Made by a program: the position numbers and the translations under genes. From Hyphomicrobium sp. (GTDB lineage Bacteria > Pseudomonadota > Alphaproteobacteria > Rhizobiales > Hyphomicrobiaceae), in contig JANNEP010000011.1 of assembly GCA_031378895.1 (NCBI GenBank), positions 6,685-70,684 on the forward strand: DNA of 64,000 bases, given 5' to 3'. Shown in pieces: positions 1-7,011 of the stretch. How positions within the stretch are numbered: the stretch's first letter is position 1; each line of letters starts with the position of its first letter. The notes below the pieces were generated by a model. The model had not been told where the DNA came from and made no database searches. It saw only the letters and a list, made by a program, of their open reading frames with translations.

Positions 1-883
1 ACTTTTCGATCTTGTTACCAAGACGGACGCGGATCGGACCTTTGAGCTTATCGGCGTCATAGACGTGCAGCGGCCGTCCGCGATCCAGCGATATATAATT
101 CGTCACATCAACAAGCGCGTTGATCGGACGCAGCCCCACAGCCTTCAAGCGGCCGGACATCCACGCTGGCGAAGGGCCATTTTTTATACCTTTGATGAGA
201 CGCCCTGCGAACACCGGACAGGCACTCGCGGTCTCATTCGAAAATTCAAGTTTGATGTCGATTGGGCACTCAGCCTTGCCCTCAACCGCGCCGAGTTTTG
301 GTTCCGGCTTCAGCGTGCCCATGCCCGCCGCCGCGAGATCGCGGGCGATGCCGCGCACGCCGGTACAATCGGGCCGGTTCGGCGTCAGCTTCACTTCGAA
401 CACGGGATCGTTGAGGCCCGCCACGTCGATGTAGCGTTCTCCAACCTTGCTCGCCCACTCTGCCGGCAGATCGAGAATACCGTCGCTGTCGCCGGACAAC
501 TCAAGCTCCGCCGCCGAACACATCATGCCGTTCGAGACGACGCCGCGCACCGGTTTCTTTTCCAGCGTGATTTTCGAACCCGGAATGTACGTCCCGAGCG
601 GCGCAAACACAGCGACCATGCCGGCGCGGGCATTCGGAGCGCCGCACACGACGTCCATCAGGGCAGCGCCTTTGGCGACTTCGACCTGCACGACCTGCAG
701 CTTGTCGGCGTTGGGATGCTTTTTGGCGTCGACGATGCGCGCGATAGTAAACGCGCCAAGCGTCTTGCCCGGGTCCTCGACGCTTTCGACCTCGAGTCCG
801 ATCGCGTTCAGCTTTGCCGCGATCTCATCGACGCTTTTCGTCGTCTCGAGATGATCCTTGAGCCAGGAGAGTGTGAATTTCAT
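1..883 (-). CDS. pheT: Phenylalanyl-tRNA synthetase beta subunit (N-terminal part; runs off window start)
   Basis: Hand translation from ATG at 883: [14 protein letters not shown]...[10 protein letters not shown]...VCGAPNAR...LTPNRPDC; follows pheS. Confidence 0.97.
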   Translation of the reverse strand, partial: MKFTLSWLKDHLETTKSVDEIAAKLNAIGLEVESVEDPGKTLGAFTIARIVDAKKHPNADKLQVVQVEVAKGAALMDVVCGAPNARAGMVAVFAPLGTYIPGSKITLEKKPVRGVVSNGMMCSAAELELSGDSDGILDLPAEWASKVGERYIDVAGLNDPVFEVKLTPNRPDCTGVRGIARDLAAAGMGTLKPEPKLGAVEGKAECPIDIKLEFSNETASACPVFAGRLIKGIKNGPSPAWMSGRLKAVGLRPINALVDVTNYISLDRGRPLHVYDADKLKGPIRVRLGNKIEK

Positions 884-941
884 TTCTCGTCACTCAATTC
901 ATTGCCGGTTTGGCCGCAGCTGTTGCACCAAGCGCGGTGGG

Positions 942-1141
942 ATTCCCCTCCCCCTCGCGGGGAGGGGTTAGGGGTCGTGGGACGCAGGGCAACAGGTCTC
1001 ATGATCGTCATTCCTGCTTTACCACCAAAGTCATCCCGGGGCTTGTCCCCGGGATGACATTGAAAAATCGCGGCAATCCCACACAGCACCACTTTTGTCC
1101 TCACCCACCCCTAGCCCCTCCCCGTCGAGGGGAGGGGGATT
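942..1141. repeat. Inverted pair of CCCCTCCCC-type palindromic repeats (942-981, 1104-1141) enclosing a perfect CGTC-type hairpin (1030-1058)
   Basis: TTCCCCTCCCCCTCGCGGGGAGGGGTTAGGGG...GGG versus CCCACCCCTAGCCCCTCCCCGTCGAGGGGAGGGGGA; central GTCATCCCGGGG-CTTGT-CCCCGGGATGAC (12-bp stem). Confidence 0.85.
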
Positions 1142-1171
1142 GCACCGGCTAAGCTGCGAAGGCGCGCTTCA

Positions 1172-2245
1172 CTACGACGACAACCCGCCACCCAGTGTCG
1201 GCACATCGAGCACGCCGAAGCCGTAGTGGCGCAGCCATTTGAGATCGCCCGAGAAGAACGCGCGCAAATCCGGGATGCCATATTTCAGCATCGTCAAGCG
1301 GTCTAAGCCCATGCCGAAGGCGAAACCCTGGTACTTTTCCGGATCGAGCCCGCAGTTGCGCAGCACATTGGGATGCACCATGCCGCAACCCAAAATTTCG
1401 AGCCATTGCCCGGGCTTGCCGATCGCCTCGGCGCCGATGTCGACTTCCATTGACGGCTCGGTGAACGGGAAGTGTGAGGCGCGGAACCGCATCTTGACGT
1501 CGTCGACCTCAAAAAACGCCTTGCAGAATTCCTGCAGCACCCATTTGAGGTGCCCCATGTGCGTCGTCTCGTCGATGACGAGACCTTCGATCTGGTGAAA
1601 CATCGGCGTATGCGTTTGGTCGCTGTCGCAACGATAGACGCGGCCCGGCGCGATGATTCGTATCGGCGGCTTCTGGCTCATCATCGTGCGGATCTGTACC
1701 GGGCTCGTATGCGTGCGCAGGAGCAGCCGCTTCCCATCCACACACGGCGAAAAATAAAACGTATCGTGATCCTGGCGCGCCGGATGCTCGGCCGGAATAT
1801 TGAGGCGATCGAAATTCATGGCGTCGGTTTCGATATCGGGGCCTTCCGCGACCGCGAACCCCATATCGGCGAAGATCTCGATGACCTCATCGAGCACCTG
1901 ACTGACGGGATGAATACGCCCCTCGGCCTGCGGACCGGCGCGCACCGGCAACGTGACGTCGGCGCGTTCGGTTTTCAGGCGCGCGTCGAGAGCCGCGGTC
2001 TCTAGCACAGCTTTGCGCGCGTCCAGCGCGTCCGAGACTTTGGCCTTCAACGTGTTGACCGTTTGGCCGAAAGCCTTGCGGTCTTCGACGGCAAGCGTGC
2101 CGAGCCTACTCATCAGCTCAGTGACGTGGCCCTTTTTGCCAAGCGCCGCGACGCGCACGGCCTCAATCGCTCCCAGATCACCGGCAGCGGCAATCTCGCC
2201 CAGCAGTTCGGTTTCGAGCGTGGAAAGGTCGGTCGACGTCGTCAT
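1172..2245 (-). CDS. pheS: Phenylalanyl-tRNA synthetase alpha subunit
   Basis: [39 protein letters not shown] motifs; start chosen at MTTSTDL (2245) because the longer ORF start lies in a repeat. Confidence 0.97.
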   Translation of the reverse strand: MTTSTDLSTLETELLGEIAAAGDLGAIEAVRVAALGKKGHVTELMSRLGTLAVEDRKAFGQTVNTLKAKVSDALDARKAVLETAALDARLKTERADVTLPVRAGPQAEGRIHPVSQVLDEVIEIFADMGFAVAEGPDIETDAMNFDRLNIPAEHPARQDHDTFYFSPCVDGKRLLLRTHTSPVQIRTMMSQKPPIRIIAPGRVYRCDSDQTHTPMFHQIEGLVIDETTHMGHLKWVLQEFCKAFFEVDDVKMRFRASHFPFTEPSMEVDIGAEAIGKPGQWLEILGCGMVHPNVLRNCGLDPEKYQGFAFGMGLDRLTMLKYGIPDLRAFFSGDLKWLRHYGFGVLDVPTLGGGLSS

Positions 2246-2268
2246 GGGAGGTCGCGCCTCTCGAAAAT

Positions 2269-2393
2269 TGTCATCCTCGGGCTCGTCCCGAGGATCCATT
2301 CGTCAGCGAGTCCGGGACGTAGCGCATTTGAACCGGCCGCGACGCCGGGACCTTGTGGCACAATGGATCCTGGGCACAAGGCCCAGGATGACA
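2269..2393. repeat. CGTC/TGTC-type REP doublet (inverted pair)
   Basis: TGTCATCCTCGGGCTCGTCCCGAGGATCCAT (2269-2299) and reverse copy ATGGATCCTGGGCACAAGGCCCAGGATGACA (2363-2393). Confidence 0.85.
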
Positions 2394-2439
2394 TTGTTGA
2401 TTGGGGTTATTGGCGGAGACATCGCCTCGACCCCGCGCT

Positions 2440-2480
2440 GGCGGCTGGCTCCCCGGAGGGGAGCCGCCCGGGCCGAAAAA
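2440..2480 (+). repeat. Bulged GNA-triloop hairpin repeat, copy 1
   Basis: GGCG-GCTG-GCTCCCC-GGA-GGGGAGC-CGCC followed by AAAAAGGAC. Confidence 0.7.
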
Positions 2481-2498
2481 GGACCGAAGCGCAAACAA

Positions 2499-2900
2499 TC
2501 AAGCCGCCTTCTTGGCCTTATCCGCGTCCTTCTTGGCGACCGGCGATGATGCAGCCTTCGCCGCCTTATCGACCAGCGCCTTGAAGGCCTCCGGATCCTT
2601 GATGGCGATATCCGACAGCATCTTGCGATCGACATCGACACCGAGGTTGGTCAGGCCGTTGATAAAGCGCCCGTAGGTCAGCCCGTGCTCTCTGCACCCG
2701 GCGTTGATGCGCTGGATCCACAAAGCGCGGAACGTCCGCTTCTTCAGTTTGCGGCCGGTGTAGGCGTATTGCTGCGCCTTCTCGACCGCCTGTTTGGCGA
2801 CGCGGATCGTATTCTTGCGGCGGCCGTAATAGCCCTTCGCGGCTTTGAGAACTTTCTTATGCTTGGCGTGGGCGGTAACGCCGCGTTTGACGCGTGCCAT
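2499..2900 (-). CDS. rplT: 50S ribosomal protein L20
   Basis: [28 protein letters not shown]...[11 protein letters not shown]. Confidence 0.99.
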   Translation of the reverse strand: MARVKRGVTAHAKHKKVLKAAKGYYGRRKNTIRVAKQAVEKAQQYAYTGRKLKKRTFRALWIQRINAGCREHGLTYGRFINGLTNLGVDVDRKMLSDIAIKDPEAFKALVDKAAKAASSPVAKKDADKAKKAA

Positions 2901-2957
2901 GGGAGGATGCTCCTCAGTATGTTTGCAACTTCAAGATGGGACGAGCTCGGTGCTCCT

Positions 2958-3007
2958 GCGTTTGCGGCCGGCTCCCCGCAGGGGAGTCGCAAGCGCGAAA
3001 CAAAGAG
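2958..3007 (+). repeat. Bulged GNA-triloop hairpin repeat, copy 2
   Basis: GCGTTTGCG-GCCG-GCTCCCC-GCA-GGGGAGT-CGCAAGCGC then GAAACAAAGAG. Confidence 0.8.
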
Positions 3008-3013
3008 CCCGCG

Positions 3014-3214
3014 CTAGCGGGCGTACGGCATGTACTTCTTGACGATCTTGGCGTCGGACTCACTCAAGATCCCGGTGCCGCGCGCCTTCTGGACGAACTT
3101 CGCCGTCCGCTTGATCATGCCGTGACGTTTTCCGGCCTGTCCGGCTTTGACTTTGCCGGAGGCCGTCATCTTGAAGCGCTTTTTGGCGCCACTCTTGGTC
3201 TTCATTTTAGGCAT
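3014..3214 (-). CDS. rpmI: 50S ribosomal protein L35
   Basis: [23 protein letters not shown]... Confidence 0.99.
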   Translation of the reverse strand: MPKMKTKSGAKKRFKMTASGKVKAGQAGKRHGMIKRTAKFVQKARGTGILSESDAKIVKKYMPYAR

Positions 3215-3535
3215 TTTGCTTATGTCCTTTATTCTCGCTCGCGGGCCGCGTCGGACGTTTCGCGCTTGCGCGCATCACGTCCTGGCCCTTCGCCCACCCG
3301 AGCGGAGCTCAGACAGTAGGAGACGGCGCGCTTGGCGCGGCCGCTTTGCGTCCACGGACCCGTTGGGTCCGAAGTGCAAAGTGTCAGCGCCTGAGCGGAT
3401 TGAAACTGCCTCGCAGCCACGGACCGGCGGTCCGTAGACACTGTGGCGAGCTTCAAGGCGCTGCGTGCCCAGGTCCGTCTTCGGACCTCAAAAGAGAAGT
3501 CCGTTTCCGGGCCTTAAGTGCGGGAATTTTCCTAC

Positions 3536-3586
3536 GTGGCGTGCGGCCGGCTCCCGGAACGGGAGTCGCACGCCACCAGTAAAGAG
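3536..3586 (+). repeat. Bulged GNA-triloop hairpin repeat, copy 3
   Basis: GTGGCGTGCG-GCCG-GCTCCCG-GAA-CGGGAGT-CGCACGCCAC then CAGTAAAGAG. Confidence 0.8.
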
Positions 3587-3751
3587 CCTACCCACACTCT
3601 CGGCGTCTCGTACGACGCCGGTCCTGCGAAGGGATGCTTTTTGCGGAAATCGCTGATTTATCAAAAGCATACAAACCGCCACGGCATGCCTCGCCGGGCG
3701 GCTCTGAGGTTTCTATAGTCGAGACACGACAAACGCGCAACTGGGCTCATC

Positions 3752-3801
3752 GCGCCCCGCGGCCAGCTCCACGCAGGGGAGTCGCCGGGCGCCAACAAGG
3801 A
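3752..3801 (+). repeat. Bulged GNA-triloop hairpin repeat, copy 4
   Basis: GCGCCCCGCG-GCCA-GCTCCAC-GCA-GGGGAGT-CGCCGGGCGC then CAACAAGGA. Confidence 0.8.
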
Positions 3802-3809
3802 CTGCCTCA

Positions 3810-4352
3810 ATGACAAGTCACGATACCGCTCACCTCGCCGACAAATGGTTCGCTAAGCGCCACGACGCGTTGTCTCCGAGCGAGCGCCTGATCCTCGATG
3901 CGCTCCACGCCCGCACCCACATCGCCCGCGCGCCCACCCCGCTCGACGCCAAAACATTTGGCGAGCGCATGGCCGACCGGGTGGCGGAGTTCGGCGGCTC
4001 GTGGACATTCATCATGCTGTTCGGCGCCTTCCTGGTGGCGTGGGCGCTGATCAACACGGCGATCCTCTCTGGCTCCGCCTTCGATCCCTACCCGTACATT
4101 TTTCTGAACCTGCTGCTATCGATGATCGCCGCAATTCAAGCGCCGATCATCATGATGTCGCAAAACCGCCAAGGTAAAAAAGACCGCGACAACGCCGAGC
4201 ACGACTACGAGGTCAACCTCAAATCCGAGCTCGAAATCATGGGCCTGCACGAAAAGTTCGACGCGCTGCGAGCTGAGCAGATCACGCGGCTGCTCGCCTA
4301 TCAGGCCGAACAGATGGAAATCTTGACGAGGTTGCTGGAGCGGGGGCGGTAG
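3810..4352 (+). CDS. DUF1003 family membrane protein
   Basis: TFGERMADRVAEFGGSWTF...FDPYPYIFLNLLLSMIAAIQAPIIMMSQNRQ signature. Confidence 0.92.
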   Translation: MTSHDTAHLADKWFAKRHDALSPSERLILDALHARTHIARAPTPLDAKTFGERMADRVAEFGGSWTFIMLFGAFLVAWALINTAILSGSAFDPYPYIFLNLLLSMIAAIQAPIIMMSQNRQGKKDRDNAEHDYEVNLKSELEIMGLHEKFDALRAEQITRLLAYQAEQMEILTRLLERGR

Positions 4353-4431
4353 GTAAAACTTTCAGGACATACTGCAGCCCGCCCACCCCGCTTCATGAAA
4401 ACGAAGAACCGTAGGGCGGAATAGGCGCGGT

Positions 4432-4480
4432 CACTTTCTTGCGCTGGCGACACGCCTCCGGCGCGCCGGCCGCCAGCGCA
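4432..4480 (-). repeat. Bulged GNA-triloop hairpin repeat, copy 5 (reverse orientation)
   Basis: Minus strand: TGCGCTGGCG-GCCG-GCGCGCC-GGA-GGCGTGT-CGCCAGCGCA then AGAAAGTG. Confidence 0.75.
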
Positions 4481-4536
4481 AATAAGAGATCGTGGCGAGT
4501 TATGCCGGCCTGACGCGATGACGCTGCCACATCTCA

Positions 4537-4689
4537 CGTCATCCTCAAACGCGCTCGCCCCTTGGCGACGCGCGTTTGGGGATCCAGCGCAAAGCTCGTC
4601 GCAGACACCAAATACTTTGAGCCTTCGGCACTCCTGACGCTGGATCCCCGAAGCAGCGCGCAAGGGAGCGCGCAGCTTCGAGGATGACG
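4537..4689. repeat. CGTC-type REP doublet with extended internal hairpins
   Basis: CGTCATCCTC-[AAACGCGC..GCGCGTTT]-GGGGATCCAGCG and reverse CGTCATCCTC-[GAAGC..GCTTC]-GGGGATCCAGCG. Confidence 0.8.
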
Positions 4690-4753
4690 ACGTAACTTCT
4701 GCTGCCGATTACCGATTGCCGAATTGCCTATTGCCCCACTTCCCCCGCCGCCC

Positions 4754-4790
4754 AAAACAAGAACGCCAGCTCGCATAGCGAACCGGCGTT
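4754..4790 (-). terminator. Intrinsic terminator downstream of the cNMP-binding gene
   Basis: Minus strand AACGCCGGTTCGC-TAT-GCGAGCTGGCGTT followed by CTTGTTTT. Confidence 0.6.
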
Positions 4791-4882
4791 TCATTTAGCC
4801 CTCTCGGCACTATAGCAAGACTACCACGTTGGAGCGGTGCGCTCCACATCAATCAGCCTTAACGCAACAGCAAGTTATCCCC

Positions 4883-4931
4883 GCGCACGGCGGCCGGCTC
4901 TCGGTACGAGAGTCGCCGTGCGCAACTAAAG
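4883..4931 (+). repeat. Bulged GNA-triloop hairpin repeat, copy 6
   Basis: GCGCACGGCG-GCCG-GCTCTCG-GTA-CGAGAGT-CGCCGTGCGC then AACTAAAG (tail overlaps the stop codon at 4926-4928). Confidence 0.85.
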
Positions 4932-5312
4932 TTGATCGTTCATGCGTCTGATGCGCGCCGTCAGCAGACGCATAACGCGCAGCGCGAATTCGGGATCGTC
5001 GCGGACCAGTGCCAGAAACGTTGGCTTGTCGATTGCGACGACTTCGGTTGGCTCGGCTGCGATCGCGGCGGCGCTACGATTGCCGCCATCGATCAGCGCC
5101 ATCTCGCCGAAAATGCCACCCGCGCGGACGTTTTCAAGCACCGTGCCGTAGGTGATCACGTCGACGCGGCCCTTTGCGACCATGTACATCACCGCCGCTG
5201 CTTCATCCGCGAGGAACACCTTTTCCCCGGCGTCGAAGTGCTTGTACGGCGCCCCGAGGCGATCGAGCTTGGTGAAGTCGAACGGCGTGTCGTCTGACAT
5301 ATCGTCGGGCAT
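4926..5312 (-). CDS. Stand-alone cyclic nucleotide-binding (cNMP) domain protein, 128 aa
   Basis: GGIFGEMALIDGGNRSAAAIA phosphate-binding cassette; no HTH; start MPDDMSDD with GAGAGG RBS. Confidence 0.85.
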   Translation of the reverse strand: MPDDMSDDTPFDFTKLDRLGAPYKHFDAGEKVFLADEAAAVMYMVAKGRVDVITYGTVLENVRAGGIFGEMALIDGGNRSAAAIAAEPTEVVAIDKPTFLALVRDDPEFALRVMRLLTARIRRMNDQL

Positions 5313-5388
5313 TATGAGCCTCTCGCGCAAAGGCGTTGCGGATGCCAGGCTAGGTCCACAGCCGGCGCAAGGCAAAAGAAAACCGCAA

Positions 5389-5481
5389 GGCGCCGGCGGC
5401 CGGCTCGACGCCAATGCGCGTGGGGTTGGTGGGGCGGCCACGCGCCAGAATAGAGGAGCGTCGCCGGCGCCCAACAAAGAG
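5389..5481 (+). repeat. Bulged hairpin repeat, copy 7 (expanded loop)
   Basis: GGCGCCGGCG-GCCG-GCTC-[~50 nt incl. GCGCGTGG/CCACGCGC stem]-GAGCGT-CGCCGGCGCC then CAACAAAGAG. Confidence 0.7.
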
Positions 5482-5484
5482 TCC

Positions 5485-6027
5485 TTACTTCGGCGCCAGC
5501 ACCATCACCATCTGCTTGCCCTCGAAGCGCGGCTCGCTCTCGACTTTGGCGATCGCCTCGGTATCGGCCTTGACCCGCTGCAGCACCGCCATCCCAAGCT
5601 GCGAGTGGGCCATTTCGCGGCCGCGGAAGCGCAGCGTCAGCTTGACCTTGTCGCCCTCTTCGAAAAAACGGCGGATCGCCCGCATCTTGACGTCGTAGTC
5701 GTGATCATCGATGCCGGGCCGCATCTTGATCTCCTTCAACTCGACGATCTTCTGGTTCTTGCGGGCTTCGGCAGCCTTCTTCTGTTCTTGGAATTTGAAC
5801 TTGCCGAAATCGAGGATCTTGCACACCGGCGGTTCAGCGTCCGGCGAGATCTCAACGAGGTCGAGGCCAGCCGCTTCAGCGCGGGCGATGGCATCGAATT
5901 TAGCGACGACGCCGACGTTTTGTCCGGTCTCGTCGATCAGTCGTACTTCGCGGGCCCGGATCTGGTCGTTGATTTTGGGGCCCGAGGGTTCCCGGCTCTG
6001 GGGCTCGGGGCGCATAGGCTTGCGGAT
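5485..6027 (-). CDS. infC: Translation initiation factor IF-3 (probable ATC start)
   Basis: [14 protein letters not shown]...[24 protein letters not shown]...[10 protein letters not shown]; GAAGGAG 8 nt before in-frame ATC at 6027. Confidence 0.97.
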   Translation of the reverse strand: MRKPMRPEPQSREPSGPKINDQIRAREVRLIDETGQNVGVVAKFDAIARAEAAGLDLVEISPDAEPPVCKILDFGKFKFQEQKKAAEARKNQKIVELKEIKMRPGIDDHDYDVKMRAIRRFFEEGDKVKLTLRFRGREMAHSQLGMAVLQRVKADTEAIAKVESEPRFEGKQMVMVLAPK

Positions 6028-6222
6028 GGGGTCATCTCCTTCAGTAGTTGCACGGGGCCGGACGCACATTTCCACTCAATCAGCGGACTCGGCGCTAAGC
6101 CAAAATGAGGATTGGGAACAAAGGCCGCGAAGTCAAGCGGGGGAGGGTCTTACAACCCGCCGCAAGCCCGCAATTTCGCTCGCTATCGTTGCTGTAGACA
6201 CACGATTTTAGCGATTCCAGTC

Positions 6223-7011
6223 TCAAGCCTTGCGCCGGGCGTGCATGCGCACGATGCGGACCCAGCGGTAGAAGCTCGTGATCAGGGCATACTGGAACCC
6301 CATCAGCCCACCCGTAATGTGGGTGCGCACCAGGTAGTATTTGAGGAAATTGACTGGCAGGTCGGCCAGCAGGCGGGCCTTGAGTTCGAGGTCCGATTTC
6401 GGCTTTGAATGCAACGCGTTGTAGGTCGCGCGCTCGTCGCACTTCGCGATCAGATCATCGATGGAGCGCACCGAATAATGATCGAGCCCTCCCGGCAAAT
6501 GGCCGGGCGTTTCAGCTCCTGGATCAACGGAATCATGCAGCGTCGAATCCTTGAAGCGGGCGCGGCGCTTGTCATAAAGCCGCAAGCAATAGTGATCGCG
6601 GGCGTAGGGCCGCGGTTTGCTTTGCCCCGGATAAACGATGGCGACGTCCATGCCGTAAACCGCGAGTGGCGGCGCGCCGTCCTGGAATAGATTTCCGATC
6701 GCGATTCTGAGCAGCGGCGTGACGACCTCGTCGGCGTCGAGGTTCAACAGCCAGTCGTTGCGGCATTGATCTTCGCCAAAGCGCTTCTGCTGACCGAACC
6801 CGGGCCAGGCGTTGAAGATCACCCGCGCGCCCGCAGCCTCGGCGGTGGCGACTGTTGTGTCCGTGCTGCCGGAATCGATGACGATCACCTCATCGACCCA
6901 GGCGCTGACCGCTTGAATGGTCCGCGCGATACGATCGGCTTCATTCCGGGCGATGATAAAACACGAAATGGGCAGGTGCTTGGCCGGCGTGCTGGGTCTC
7001 GCTGCCATCAC
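6223..7011 (-). CDS. Glycosyltransferase family 2 (WaaE/KdtX-like)
   Basis: IIARNEADRI...VIDSGSTD...WLLNLDADE. Confidence 0.88.
   Translation of the reverse strand: MMAARPSTPAKHLPISCFIIARNEADRIARTIQAVSAWVDEVIVIDSGSTDTTVATAEAAGARVIFNAWPGFGQQKRFGEDQCRNDWLLNLDADEVVTPLLRIAIGNLFQDGAPPLAVYGMDVAIVYPGQSKPRPYARDHYCLRLYDKRRARFKDSTLHDSVDPGAETPGHLPGGLDHYSVRSIDDLIAKCDERATYNALHSKPKSDLELKARLLADLPVNFLKYYLVRTHITGGLMGFQYALITSFYRWVRIVRMHARRKA

Noticed and set aside
923-1146. TTGCACC direct repeat as a target-site duplication around the pheS-pheT mosaic
   Set aside because: The left copy is 12 nt away from the repeat end, and a 7-mer match is plausible by chance.
2246-2299. N-terminal extension of PheS ([12 protein letters not shown]...) in the ORF track
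   Set aside because: The ATG and codons come from the CGTC repeat. The downstream ATG at 2245 has an RBS-like GAGAGG and gives a normal length.
2440-5481. CRISPR array or intrinsic terminators as the explanation for the hairpin repeats
   Set aside because: Spacing is irregular, whole genes lie between copies, and no cas genes are present. The U-rich tract is on the wrong side of the stem for termination.
6028-6075. infC start at 6075 (MEMCVR...)
   Set aside because: No RBS there; the strong SD points to ATC at 6027.
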